From an uncultured Caldilineales bacterium (GTDB lineage: Bacteria; Chloroflexota; Anaerolineae; J102), in NCBI GenBank assembly GCA_964535455.1, contig CAZHTZ010000001.1:5015-69014 (forward strand): DNA of 64,000 nucleotides, read 5' to 3'. The position numbers and the translations under genes were made by a program. The notes under the pieces were generated by a model that saw nothing but the letters and a program-made list of their open reading frames with translations, made no database searches and was not told the origin of the DNA. Below are positions 47,809 through 56,408 of the stretch, piece by piece (within the stretch, counting starts at the first letter, position 1; each line of letters opens with the position of its first letter).

Positions 47809-48591
47809 CTACGCCGGGACGGCCCCTGCGGCCTTGGGATCAAAGCCCTGCGGCCAACCGGTTCTGTCGTTGTAGAGGACACCCGTGAGCACCGTACCCT
47901 TGAGATGGGAGTCCGAGAGATCGCAGCCCGTGAGGTCGGCGCCGGTCAGCACGGCTCCCTCCAGATCTGTCTTGCCGAAGTAGGCCCGCGTCAGGTTGGC
48001 CCCGCTGAGGTTGGCCCTGGTTAGATCAGCACCCTGGAGATTGACGCGCATCATCCGCGTGCCCGACAGGTTGGCGCCGTTCAGGTTGGCATGCTGCAGA
48101 TTGGCGTCGGTCAGGTTGGCGCCTTGCAGATTGGCATGCGCCAGTTGGGAACGCTCCATCCTGGCGCTGGAGAGGGTGGCGCCGGCGAAATTGGCATGCT
48201 GCCCGTTCACCTGCCGCATATACGCTCCCTGGAGATTGGCTCGCTGCAGGTTGGCCTCTTCAAGATCCGCGCGGTCGAGCTGGACCCCGACCAGGTTGGT
48301 TCCTGCCAGTTTGGCGCGCAGGAGCATGGCACGGCTCATGCGGGCGCCGACCAGATCGGCGCCTGTCAGGTCAGCGCCGCGCAGATCGGCCTCGCTCAAG
48401 TTGGTCCCCAGGAACCGCGTCCCCGTCAGGTTGGCTTCCCAGAAGTTGGCCCCACGGAGGTCAGCCTTGCTGAAGTCAATGCCAGAGAGGTCCAGCGAGC
48501 TCAGATTGGCGTGGGCCAGATCGCTCAGGTCGCCGGACAGGATACGAGTCCGAAGCTCTTCCTTCATGGACAGGACAATATCGGTGGCCAT
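47809..48591 (-). CDS. Pentapeptide-repeat protein.
   Basis: More than 30 consecutive A(D/N)LxG pentapeptides. Confidence 0.8.
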   Translation of the reverse strand: MATDIVLSMKEELRTRILSGDLSDLAHANLSSLDLSGIDFSKADLRGANFWEANLTGTRFLGTNLSEADLRGADLTGADLVGARMSRAMLLRAKLAGTNLVGVQLDRADLEEANLQRANLQGAYMRQVNGQHANFAGATLSSARMERSQLAHANLQGANLTDANLQHANLNGANLSGTRMMRVNLQGADLTRANLSGANLTRAYFGKTDLEGAVLTGADLTGCDLSDSHLKGTVLTGVLYNDRTGWPQGFDPKAAGAVPA

Positions 48592-48722
48592 TCTTTCTCC
48601 ATCGTACAGCGTTGATCGCGGTGCTCAACCGGCGGTTATGTTACCGCAGCCGCGATGAGGCTGTCAATTGCTTCCTGACTTCGTGTTTCGTCCGCTGGTG
48701 CCAGGGGCGATATAATCGGCGC

Positions 48723-49343
48723 ATGTTCCCTGCCGCACATGCGCCCGACGACTTCTGGCAAACCTTGCTTGGACGACGATCACTCCGGGTTTATGCGGCG
48801 ACGCCTGTGCCTCGCTCCGTGCTCGAGCGACTGCTCACCGCCGCCATTTGGGCGCCCAATGCCCACAACCGCCAACCCTGGCGCTTTGCCGTGACCCATG
48901 ATCGGGTGCAGCAGCAGCGCCTGGCGGAAACAATGGCGGCCTATTGGGAGGCGGCATTGGCGGCGGACGGCGTCGACGCTGACACCATTGCCCGGCGGAC
49001 AACCCTCTCCTACGAGCGCATCAGCGGCGCCGGCGCGCTGGTAGTCGGGTGCCTGACTATGGCGGAGATGGATGCGTATCCGGATGCCGGGCGCCAGCGG
49101 CTCGAATGGCTGATGGCTGTGCAGAGCACAGCGCTGGCCCTGGGCAACTTACTCCTGGCCGCTCACCATGAGGGCCTGGGCGCATGCTGGATGTGCGCCC
49201 CTCTCTTTGCCCCCGATCGGGTGCGGGAGGCGTTCGACCTGCCTGCCGACTGGGAGCCACAGGCGCTGATCACACTGGGCTATCCGGCGGAGACGCGGAC
49301 GAAGGAGCGGAGGCCGCTGGCCGAGGTAGTGGCGTGGCGGTGA
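48723..49343 (+). CDS. Nitroreductase-family protein, possibly F420-related (FbiB C-terminal-domain-like).
   Basis: RRSLRVYAATPVPRSVLERLLTAAIWAPNAHNRQPWRF. It lies immediately upstream of cofD. Confidence 0.7.
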   Translation: MFPAAHAPDDFWQTLLGRRSLRVYAATPVPRSVLERLLTAAIWAPNAHNRQPWRFAVTHDRVQQQRLAETMAAYWEAALAADGVDADTIARRTTLSYERISGAGALVVGCLTMAEMDAYPDAGRQRLEWLMAVQSTALALGNLLLAAHHEGLGACWMCAPLFAPDRVREAFDLPADWEPQALITLGYPAETRTKERRPLAEVVAWR

Positions 49344-49378
49344 GGTACGGCGACGCTGGCAGGGATCGCTTCGACGGT

Positions 49379-50323
49379 ATGCCTGCGTCCCCCCACATCG
49401 TCGCTCTTGCCGGCGGCGTGGGTGGGGCGAAGCTGGCGCATGGGCTGGCCCAACATGTTGACCCCGGTCACCTGACCATTGTGGTCAATACCGGCGACGA
49501 TTTCGAACACCTGGGTCTGCTCATCTGCCCTGACATCGACACCGTGCTCTACAACCTGGCCGAGGTCAACCATCCGGTCCAGGGCTGGGGCCGGGTGGAA
49601 GAGAGCTTCCAAGTCCTGGCAGAGGTACAGCATCTGGGGCACGACGCCTGGTTCCGCCTGGGCGATCGCGACATCGCCCTGCACCTGCTGCGGCGCCAGA
49701 GCCTTGACGCCGGCAAGACACTCACAGCAGTCACCGCCGGCCTGGCGCAGCGTCTCGGCGTGGTGCACCCTGTCTTGCCGATGAGCGACGAGCCGGTGCG
49801 CACCATCATCCACACCCCCGAAGGCGACCTGACCTTTCAGGAATACTTCGTGCACCGGCGCTGCGGGCCGGCCATGCTGGGCATGACGCTGGCCGGGCTG
49901 GACCGGGCGCAGCCTTCCGCCCAGGTCATGGCGGCGTTGGCCGCGGCCGATGCCGTCATCTTCTGCCCCTCCAATCCCTACGTCAGCCTCGATCCCATCC
50001 TGGCCCTGCCCGGCGTGCGCGCAGCCGTGGCCGCCGTGCCCGCCGTCGCCGTCAGCCCTATCGTCGGTGGGCAGGCGCTCAAAGGCCCGGCCGCGAAGAT
50101 GATGTCCGAGCTCGGTGTGGAAGTCAGCGCCCTGGGCGTCGCCCGGCACTATGGCGACTTGCTGACCGGGTTTGTCCTGGACCAGACTGATACATCCCTT
50201 GCGCCGGCGGTCGAGGCTTTGGGCATGCGCGTGCTCGCGACAGATACAATCATGGATGATAAGGCCGGGCGGGCGCGTCTGGCGGCCGAGGTCTTGGCAA
50301 TGCTTGGGAAAGGACGTTCATGA
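49379..50323 (+). CDS. cofD: 2-phospho-L-lactate transferase (LPPG:FO transferase).
   Basis: IVALAGGVGGAKLAHGL...VVNTGDDFEHLGLLICPDIDTV has CofD/UPF0052 motifs. Confidence 0.85.
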   Translation: MPASPHIVALAGGVGGAKLAHGLAQHVDPGHLTIVVNTGDDFEHLGLLICPDIDTVLYNLAEVNHPVQGWGRVEESFQVLAEVQHLGHDAWFRLGDRDIALHLLRRQSLDAGKTLTAVTAGLAQRLGVVHPVLPMSDEPVRTIIHTPEGDLTFQEYFVHRRCGPAMLGMTLAGLDRAQPSAQVMAALAAADAVIFCPSNPYVSLDPILALPGVRAAVAAVPAVAVSPIVGGQALKGPAAKMMSELGVEVSALGVARHYGDLLTGFVLDQTDTSLAPAVEALGMRVLATDTIMDDKAGRARLAAEVLAMLGKGRS

Positions 50324-51369
50324 AGCGCCCACTTGCGCGCCTGGGTGGGCAGTGGCATCTGGACGACCTTGCTCGCCGGGCAGTGGTGGCAGCACGCCTG
50401 TCGGGCGAGCGGGCCAAGTTCGCCGTGCGCGGACGTCCGCACCCAGGCGCCGCCATCGTCCTGGCCTCGATCGGCCGCAGCGGCTCCACCTGGCTGGCCG
50501 ACCTCCTTTGCGCGGCGCCGGGCATCCAGCAGATCTTCGAGCCTCTGCATCCGGAGACAAGCGCCGAGCTGCGCCGGCTGCTGCATTGGCAGGAAAAGGT
50601 AGGCGAGACCTATCGCCGCCTCTATCTGCGGCCGGGCGCCGAGCATCCGGAGTGGCGGGCCTTCCTGGCTAAAGTACTCACCGGCCGGGTACGCAACTAC
50701 CGCACCGACTATGCCCGCACCAGCTACTTCCCCGACCGCTACCTGGTCAAGTTCATTCGCGCCAATTTGATGCTTGGCTACTTGTATGATTGCTTTCACC
50801 CTCAAATCATCCTGCTGACGCGGCATCCCTGCGCGGTGGTCTATTCCCGGCTGCGCAAGGTGCGGTCACCCTGGTATGCCGACGTGAGCGACCTGCTGCG
50901 CCAGGAGGCGCTGGTCGAGGACTACCTGCGTCCCTGGGTGGCAGACATCGAGAAGGAAACAGACCTGCTCGGAGCCCATGCCGTGTGGTGGGCGGTGGAA
51001 AATCGGGTGGCGATGCAGGAGATGGCTACGCGACCGCACTACCTCGTGTTCTATGAAACCCTTTACCTGCATCCCCGGCCCACGCTCGACCCCTTGTTTG
51101 CCTGGTTGGGGCTGCCGTCCTTCGACTTACCCGCGCACCTGGTGGCCCGGTCCAGCCGCGTCGCCCGCCACCGCCAGGATGGTGCGACCGAGGACGAAGC
51201 GGCCATCCTGGCGCAGCTCTCGGACTGGCAGCAGGGTCTGACCGCCGAGGAACAGCGCCGCATCGTGACCTGGGCGGAGCGGCTGGAGGTTCCCTGGTAC
51301 ACGACGGCAGCGCTGCCCACTTCGAACGGCGGGCTGGTGGCAACCGCAAGCGGTATGGGCGTGGCATGA
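50320..51369 (+). CDS. Sulfotransferase-family protein.
   Basis: 5'-PSB-like P-loop ASIGRSGSTWLADLL, and a 3'-PB-like region RHPCAVVYSRLRK. It overlaps cofD by 4 nt and cofC by 4 nt. Confidence 0.65.
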   Translation: MKRPLARLGGQWHLDDLARRAVVAARLSGERAKFAVRGRPHPGAAIVLASIGRSGSTWLADLLCAAPGIQQIFEPLHPETSAELRRLLHWQEKVGETYRRLYLRPGAEHPEWRAFLAKVLTGRVRNYRTDYARTSYFPDRYLVKFIRANLMLGYLYDCFHPQIILLTRHPCAVVYSRLRKVRSPWYADVSDLLRQEALVEDYLRPWVADIEKETDLLGAHAVWWAVENRVAMQEMATRPHYLVFYETLYLHPRPTLDPLFAWLGLPSFDLPAHLVARSSRVARHRQDGATEDEAAILAQLSDWQQGLTAEEQRRIVTWAERLEVPWYTTAALPTSNGGLVATASGMGVA

Positions 51370-52004
51370 AGCGGGAGCTTCTCGCCGTCATCGTCCCGAT
51401 GAAGTCGCTGCGGCTGGCCAAGCAGCGCCTGCGTCCGGCCGTGGCCGACGACGAACGCCTGCATCTGGCGCGAACTATGTTGGCGCACGTCCTGACCGCG
51501 ATCGGCGCCAGCGGCGTGGCCGACCTACCGGTGGTCGTCAGTCCCGACCCGGAGGTGCTGGCCCTGGCGCGGGTGCAGGGATTCGGCGCGCTCTGCGAAC
51601 GGCAGCCCGGGTACAACGAAGCCGTCACGCAGGCCGCCCGCTGGGCGCAGGTGCGCGAGGCTGCCACCGTCCTGGTGCTGCCCGCCGACCTGCCCCGCCT
51701 GGAGCCGGGCGACGTGCGGGCGCTGGTTGTCCTGGCAGGCGAGGGATCACGGGCGGTCGTCATCGCTCCCGACACCGGCGAGACAGGCACCAACGCCCTG
51801 CTCGTGCGACCGCCCTTCCTTCTGCCTTTCAGCTTCGGGCCGGCAAGCTTCGCCCGCCACTGCGCCTTGGCGCGGGCGGCGGGTGTGGAGCCTGCCGTCT
51901 ATCGCTCACCCTCGCTGGCGCACGATATCGACCTGCCGGACGACCTGCGGTATCTGGGGCAGGCGCTTGCCCGGGAGTTCAGGTCGCATCTGCCTGGGCA
52001 TTGA
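51366..52004 (+). CDS. cofC: 2-phospho-L-lactate (or PEP) guanylyltransferase.
   Basis: LLAVIVPMKSLRLAKQRL...LVLPADLP is the CofC/FbiD pattern. Confidence 0.8.
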   Translation: MKRELLAVIVPMKSLRLAKQRLRPAVADDERLHLARTMLAHVLTAIGASGVADLPVVVSPDPEVLALARVQGFGALCERQPGYNEAVTQAARWAQVREAATVLVLPADLPRLEPGDVRALVVLAGEGSRAVVIAPDTGETGTNALLVRPPFLLPFSFGPASFARHCALARAAGVEPAVYRSPSLAHDIDLPDDLRYLGQALAREFRSHLPGH

Positions 52005-52155
52005 CGATTTCATAGCGCAGCCAGACGAAACCATCGCACAGCGGGCTGGCTTCCAGCAAGCGTAACTTGATCACGCCGTCGCCGCCGCTGAGATCGGGCG
52101 CGACGAACAGGGAGCAGGCGCTGACGCCGGCATGCAGCACGACATGGGGTCGCAT
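51979..52155 (-). CDS. Possible small hypothetical protein (58 aa).
   Basis: The ORF MRPHVVLHAGVSACSLFVAPDLSGGDGVIKLRLLE... has no homology that I recognise. It overlaps the cofC 3' end. Confidence 0.2.
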   Translation of the reverse strand: MRPHVVLHAGVSACSLFVAPDLSGGDGVIKLRLLEASPLCDGFVWLRYEIVNAQADAT

Positions 52156-52174
52156 CGTGTGGGGCTCCTTCGGG

Positions 52175-53194
52175 TCAGGGCGACGCGGGGACGAGCGCCT
52201 TCGACGACGGCATTTCCGCAAGGGTCAGCGAGCCGATGCCGTGGTCGATGTCCACCTCGAGGCGGTTGGGCGCCGCCGGATCGTAGCTGCGAGTGGTGTA
52301 GTAGTCGCCCATGCGGGTGAAGTCACCCTGCACCTGCCGGCTGCCCAGACCCGAATCGATCTTGATCCGCGCCGGTGTGCCGGTAGGAATGATGACGGTC
52401 TTGTCGCCGATGCCGCCATCGATCTTGGCCTGGAGCTGGCCCTGAGCAGGCAGGGTCAGGGTCATCGACCCGATGCCGCCATCCACCTTGAGCGAGGTCA
52501 GGTTGAGCGTGCTGAGGTCCATGATGTGGTTGCCGATGCCGCCGTCGATCTTCAGGCGTGTGGGGATGGTTGGATTCAGGCTCAGGTCCCAGCGGCGCTC
52601 GTTGTTCAGCCACCCGCCCGTGAAAACAAAGTACCAGGGCGCTACCTGCTTGATCTTGATCCGGGCTTCGGTCCCGGCCAACCGGAAGGATGCCCCAATG
52701 CTTTCGTCAGGGCCCACCGTGGCTGTACCTGCCATCAGGGCATCGGTCGTGGCCCCGGCGCCGAGTTCCAGGCGACCCAGGCCCGGTTCCAGCTTGATCT
52801 CGGCCGAGCTGGCGCCCTGCAAGGGCTGAAGGATGGTCTCAGTGCGGGTGGCTCGTTGGCGGAAGCGTGAAAACACGAGCACGTCCAGCCCGATCCCGAC
52901 CAGGAACAGCGGCCAGAGTTTGCCCAATGCCCGCCACATGTTCCAGTCCACGACGCCGAAATTCGCGAGCAGGAACCCGGCGGCGAAAGCGATCAGGGTC
53001 AGGGGAAAGAACAGGCTGCCGCCGCCCAGGATCATGCTCAGGGCCAGAGCGACCACCAGCAGCGGCCACAGGCCGATGAGCACGTCCCAGGCGCTGGAGC
53101 TAAGGATGCCGAGGTTGGTGAAGAGAAGGACGAAGCCGGCGATGATCAGGATCAGCGGCCAGATGAGGTTGCTGAGTCGTTGGCGAGCATTCAT
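52175..53194 (-). CDS. LiaF-like protein: an N-terminal DUF5668 (LiaI/LiaF TM) region plus a C-terminal DUF4097 beta-helix.
   Basis: TM repeats LIWPLILIIAGFVLLF/LIGLWPLLVVALAL, followed by repeated IDGGIG beta-helix rungs. Confidence 0.7.
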   Translation of the reverse strand: MNARQRLSNLIWPLILIIAGFVLLFTNLGILSSSAWDVLIGLWPLLVVALALSMILGGGSLFFPLTLIAFAAGFLLANFGVVDWNMWRALGKLWPLFLVGIGLDVLVFSRFRQRATRTETILQPLQGASSAEIKLEPGLGRLELGAGATTDALMAGTATVGPDESIGASFRLAGTEARIKIKQVAPWYFVFTGGWLNNERRWDLSLNPTIPTRLKIDGGIGNHIMDLSTLNLTSLKVDGGIGSMTLTLPAQGQLQAKIDGGIGDKTVIIPTGTPARIKIDSGLGSRQVQGDFTRMGDYYTTRSYDPAAPNRLEVDIDHGIGSLTLAEMPSSKALVPASP

Positions 53195-53255
53195 GGTTGA
53201 GAACTCCTTAAGGGGCGAGCGCGAGGGACGGGTGGAGACGAGCACCGGCTCTATC

Positions 53256-54182
53256 TCATTCTCCCCGGTAGGTTTCGACCGTCACCTGTCCGATGCCGGT
53301 GCTAATGGTGATGTCCACCCGATTGCTGGCGGTGCCGTAGTCAGGGGAGATGTAGACATCCCCCTGGTGTTCAAAGTCATCACTGACACGTACATCGCCG
53401 ATGCCACTATTCGCCTGGATGCGGGCAGCCATGCCTTTTGCGATACGAAGGCGCAAGGCGCCAATCCCGCCTTTGATGTCAGCGTCATACCGGCCGCGCT
53501 GGGGCAGGTTCACCGTGGTGGTGCCCACACCGACCTTGACGCCAAGGCCCGTGAGGTTCATCCTTTCCAGGTGCAGCGTGGATTCGCCGACGCCGGTGAC
53601 GACGGTGAGATCGGTGGGGACGGCCTGATTGAGCTGCAAGTCCCAGGTTTCTGCCTTGTCCCCTGGCAGCATGGGGACCAGGACGGTGGCGCCAGGGGCG
53701 GCAAGCCGATAGTCGGCCGTGTCGCCGTCGAGGTTGAAGCTCTGCTCCAGCTCGCGATCCGACCGGAGCCGGACAACACCGGCGACAAGCTGGTCGCTTT
53801 CAGGCAAGGGATTGAGCTGCAGCGCACCCGCCCCGGCCTTGATCTCGAACCGGGCGCGTGTGGCGCCGTCCAGGGGCTGGTTAATCGTGTGGGACGTGAC
53901 GCTGGAGGGCGCACCCAGGCTGATGCCACTGCCCGCGCTGAGATACCAGACACTGCCGAAGATGAGGGCCAGCGTGATCAGTCCCACCGCCAGGGAGCCG
54001 ATGGTCGAACGCCGCCCGATGATGGCGTCCAGACCGATGGCAATCAGGATGATCGGCCACAGGTTGACCAACAGGCGCCAAAGGCTCCAGTCGAGGACGC
54101 CCAGGGTGTTGAGCAGGAGGAGGAAACCGGCAGTAATGAGCAAGATGGGGAAAACCAGGCCGCGGCGGCGTTCATGGTCCAT
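53256..54182 (-). CDS. LiaF-like protein (paralog of the previous gene).
   Basis: LVFPILLITAGFLLLL...LVNLWPIILIAIGL, followed by DUF4097-like rungs (KGGIGAL, NSGIGDV). Confidence 0.7.
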   Translation of the reverse strand: MDHERRRGLVFPILLITAGFLLLLNTLGVLDWSLWRLLVNLWPIILIAIGLDAIIGRRSTIGSLAVGLITLALIFGSVWYLSAGSGISLGAPSSVTSHTINQPLDGATRARFEIKAGAGALQLNPLPESDQLVAGVVRLRSDRELEQSFNLDGDTADYRLAAPGATVLVPMLPGDKAETWDLQLNQAVPTDLTVVTGVGESTLHLERMNLTGLGVKVGVGTTTVNLPQRGRYDADIKGGIGALRLRIAKGMAARIQANSGIGDVRVSDDFEHQGDVYISPDYGTASNRVDITISTGIGQVTVETYRGE

Positions 54183-54241
54183 GGTTGTTTCTCTCTTTCA
54201 GGTGGCGTCAAGGTGACGGATGTGGCGTAATCAGGCGCGCC

Positions 54242-54904
54242 CTACTTGCGGGCGATGGTATTGCGATAGAGGAGATAGCCGCCGGCGATGATGAGCGCCA
54301 GGGGACCGACGACCGCGGCCAGGGTCACAAACTGCGCCGAGAAGCTGCTGAACGCCATGAACAGGCCGATGACGAACAGGACGCCGCTGGGGATGAAGGC
54401 CCAGGTCATGCGGCCCTGGGGCGTAGGCAGGAGCGCCACCAGGAGGAAGGTGAGCGCCATACCAAAGAACATCACGCTGACACCCAATGGCTCGGGCAGC
54501 AGGGGTTCCAGGAAGGTCAAGGCGGCGACCGAAAAGAGCACGCCGCCGGGAATGACGGCCCACCACTGGTCGCGGCGCACGGCGTACACAGCCCAGAAGC
54601 CGAGGCCGATGCTGCCCAGGAACAACGGCGCCCCGATGCGGCCTGCCAGCGATTCACTCACCAGACTCAGCCCGATCAGACCGCTCAGGCCAAGCAGGGT
54701 GAACCCTGGGATCAACGCCCACCAGTTCTCGTTATCCCGCAGGAAGACCGCCAGAAAAGCCAGGCCGCCGACGGCGAAAAGCAGCGTCCAGAAGGCGTCC
54801 CACAGCCAGTTGAGGTTGACAAGCCCCAGGTTCTGCAGCAAGAGGCCGATTCCGGCGACGATGAGAAGGCCGCCCCACAAAAAAGCGGCATTGGTGCGTT
54901 TCAT
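54242..54904 (-). CDS. DUF5668 (LiaI/LiaF-like TM) repeat membrane protein without an extracellular domain.
   Basis: Three repeats of the W-x-LLLI-xG-xxLL TM hairpin motif. Confidence 0.65.
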   Translation of the reverse strand: MKRTNAAFLWGGLLIVAGIGLLLQNLGLVNLNWLWDAFWTLLFAVGGLAFLAVFLRDNENWWALIPGFTLLGLSGLIGLSLVSESLAGRIGAPLFLGSIGLGFWAVYAVRRDQWWAVIPGGVLFSVAALTFLEPLLPEPLGVSVMFFGMALTFLLVALLPTPQGRMTWAFIPSGVLFVIGLFMAFSSFSAQFVTLAAVVGPLALIIAGGYLLYRNTIARK

Positions 54905-55016
54905 GATCTTTTGACTCCTTGTTGGGAATGATTTGCTATGACTCATCCCAAGTATAGGCAGCCGGCGTCACGGTGCACAGTACCGAAAGTCATACCCAGG
55001 GTCATGTGACTCGACG

Positions 55017-55150
55017 GCAGACGGCGGACAACCGACGGCGGACAACCGACGGCAGACGACCGATTGGTCAGCGGTCAGTGGTCGGTTGTCGTCCGGTCAG
55101 CGGTCGTTCGTCGGCGGTCAGCGGTCGTTCGTCATCCGTCGGCCATCAGC
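55017..55150. repeat. Composite tandem/palindromic repeat (14-mer gacggcggacaacc x3 facing 21-mer cggtcagcggtcgttcgtcgg x3).
   Basis: Intergenic region between the DUF5668 gene start and the MFS gene stop. The two arrays are approximate reverse complements. Confidence 0.55.
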
Positions 55151-56394
55151 GGTCGTTCGCCGGCGGTCGTCTGGCCCGTCTCGCCCACCCAGCGGGCCAT
55201 GCCCAGGTAGATGGCCGCGGCGAGCAGACACACGAAGAAGGCCCCGTACCACACCCAGTTCGGGTTCAAGTTGTCGATCACCAATCCGGCGAGCAGCGTG
55301 CCCAACGCCGTAGGCAGGATCCAGCTCAACCCATAGACGGCCATGTAGCGGCCGCGCATGTCCTCCGGTGAGAGCCGGGCCACGATCGCCTGCGACATCG
55401 GCACGGCGATCATCTCGCCGATGGTGATGATGACCATCGCCACCATGAACATCGGGTAGCTGCCCACCAGGCCGTACATGCCGAAGCCAATGGCATAGAG
55501 GAGGACGCCCAGAGTCATCATCAGGAAGCGCGGGCGGCCGCGCAGCTGCCGCGTCACCCAAAACTGGAACAACACCACAATGGCGGCGTTCATGCTCAGG
55601 AGCCAGCCGAACCCCTGGGGTGGGACGCCATGATAGTCCCGAAGGTACACCGACAGGGTGGTGTTCATCTGCATGTAGGCCAGCACGGTCAGGATGCTGG
55701 CAATCAGGAACACGACCATCACCTTGTCGCGCAGGGCAACGCCATAGCCCCGAAAGGTCTGCCAGATGCTTTCGTGGACCTCTGCCTCCGCGCGCTCGGG
55801 CATGGACTCGGCCAGAAAGCGCATCACAATCAGCGCCGTGATGGTGCTGGCAATGGCGTCGGTGATGAACAGTGACAGATAGGAACGCGTGGCCAACAGG
55901 CCGCCGATGGCCGGGCCCAGCACCACTGCCAGGTTGGACACCACACGCTGCAAGCCATAGCCTTCCGCCCGTTTCTGCTCCGGCAGCAGATCCGCCACCA
56001 TCGCTTGCTGCGCCGGTCCCCCCGCATCGGCGAACAACCCGGTCGCCAGCGCCGCCAGCAGGAAGAGGGAGAGCGTTGGCGCCAAGCCCATCAGCAGCGT
56101 GATGGTGGCGCTGCTGACCAGGCCGAAGATGAGCATCTTCTTGCGGCCCAGGCGGTCGGCCAGCGCCCCGCCGATCCCACTCCCCACCACGCTGCTGATA
56201 GAGAACAACCCGAAGATCAGGCCCACCGTAGTCATCGTGACGCCGTAGCGGGCGGTGACATAGAGCGTAAAGAAGGGAAAGAGCAGCGCACCCCCAAGAC
56301 GGTCAATGAAGGTGGCCGCCATCAATATCCAGAACTGCTGGGGATAGTCGTCGTAGGTGTGCCGGATTTGCTGAGAATAGCGCGCCAGGGCCAT
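55132..56394 (-). CDS. MFS transporter.
   Basis: 12 TM segments and the MFS motif GALADRLGRKKML. Confidence 0.8.
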   Translation of the reverse strand: MALARYSQQIRHTYDDYPQQFWILMAATFIDRLGGALLFPFFTLYVTARYGVTMTTVGLIFGLFSISSVVGSGIGGALADRLGRKKMLIFGLVSSATITLLMGLAPTLSLFLLAALATGLFADAGGPAQQAMVADLLPEQKRAEGYGLQRVVSNLAVVLGPAIGGLLATRSYLSLFITDAIASTITALIVMRFLAESMPERAEAEVHESIWQTFRGYGVALRDKVMVVFLIASILTVLAYMQMNTTLSVYLRDYHGVPPQGFGWLLSMNAAIVVLFQFWVTRQLRGRPRFLMMTLGVLLYAIGFGMYGLVGSYPMFMVAMVIITIGEMIAVPMSQAIVARLSPEDMRGRYMAVYGLSWILPTALGTLLAGLVIDNLNPNWVWYGAFFVCLLAAAIYLGMARWVGETGQTTAGERPLMADG

Positions 56395-56408
56395 TGGTGC
56401 TCCTCCTC

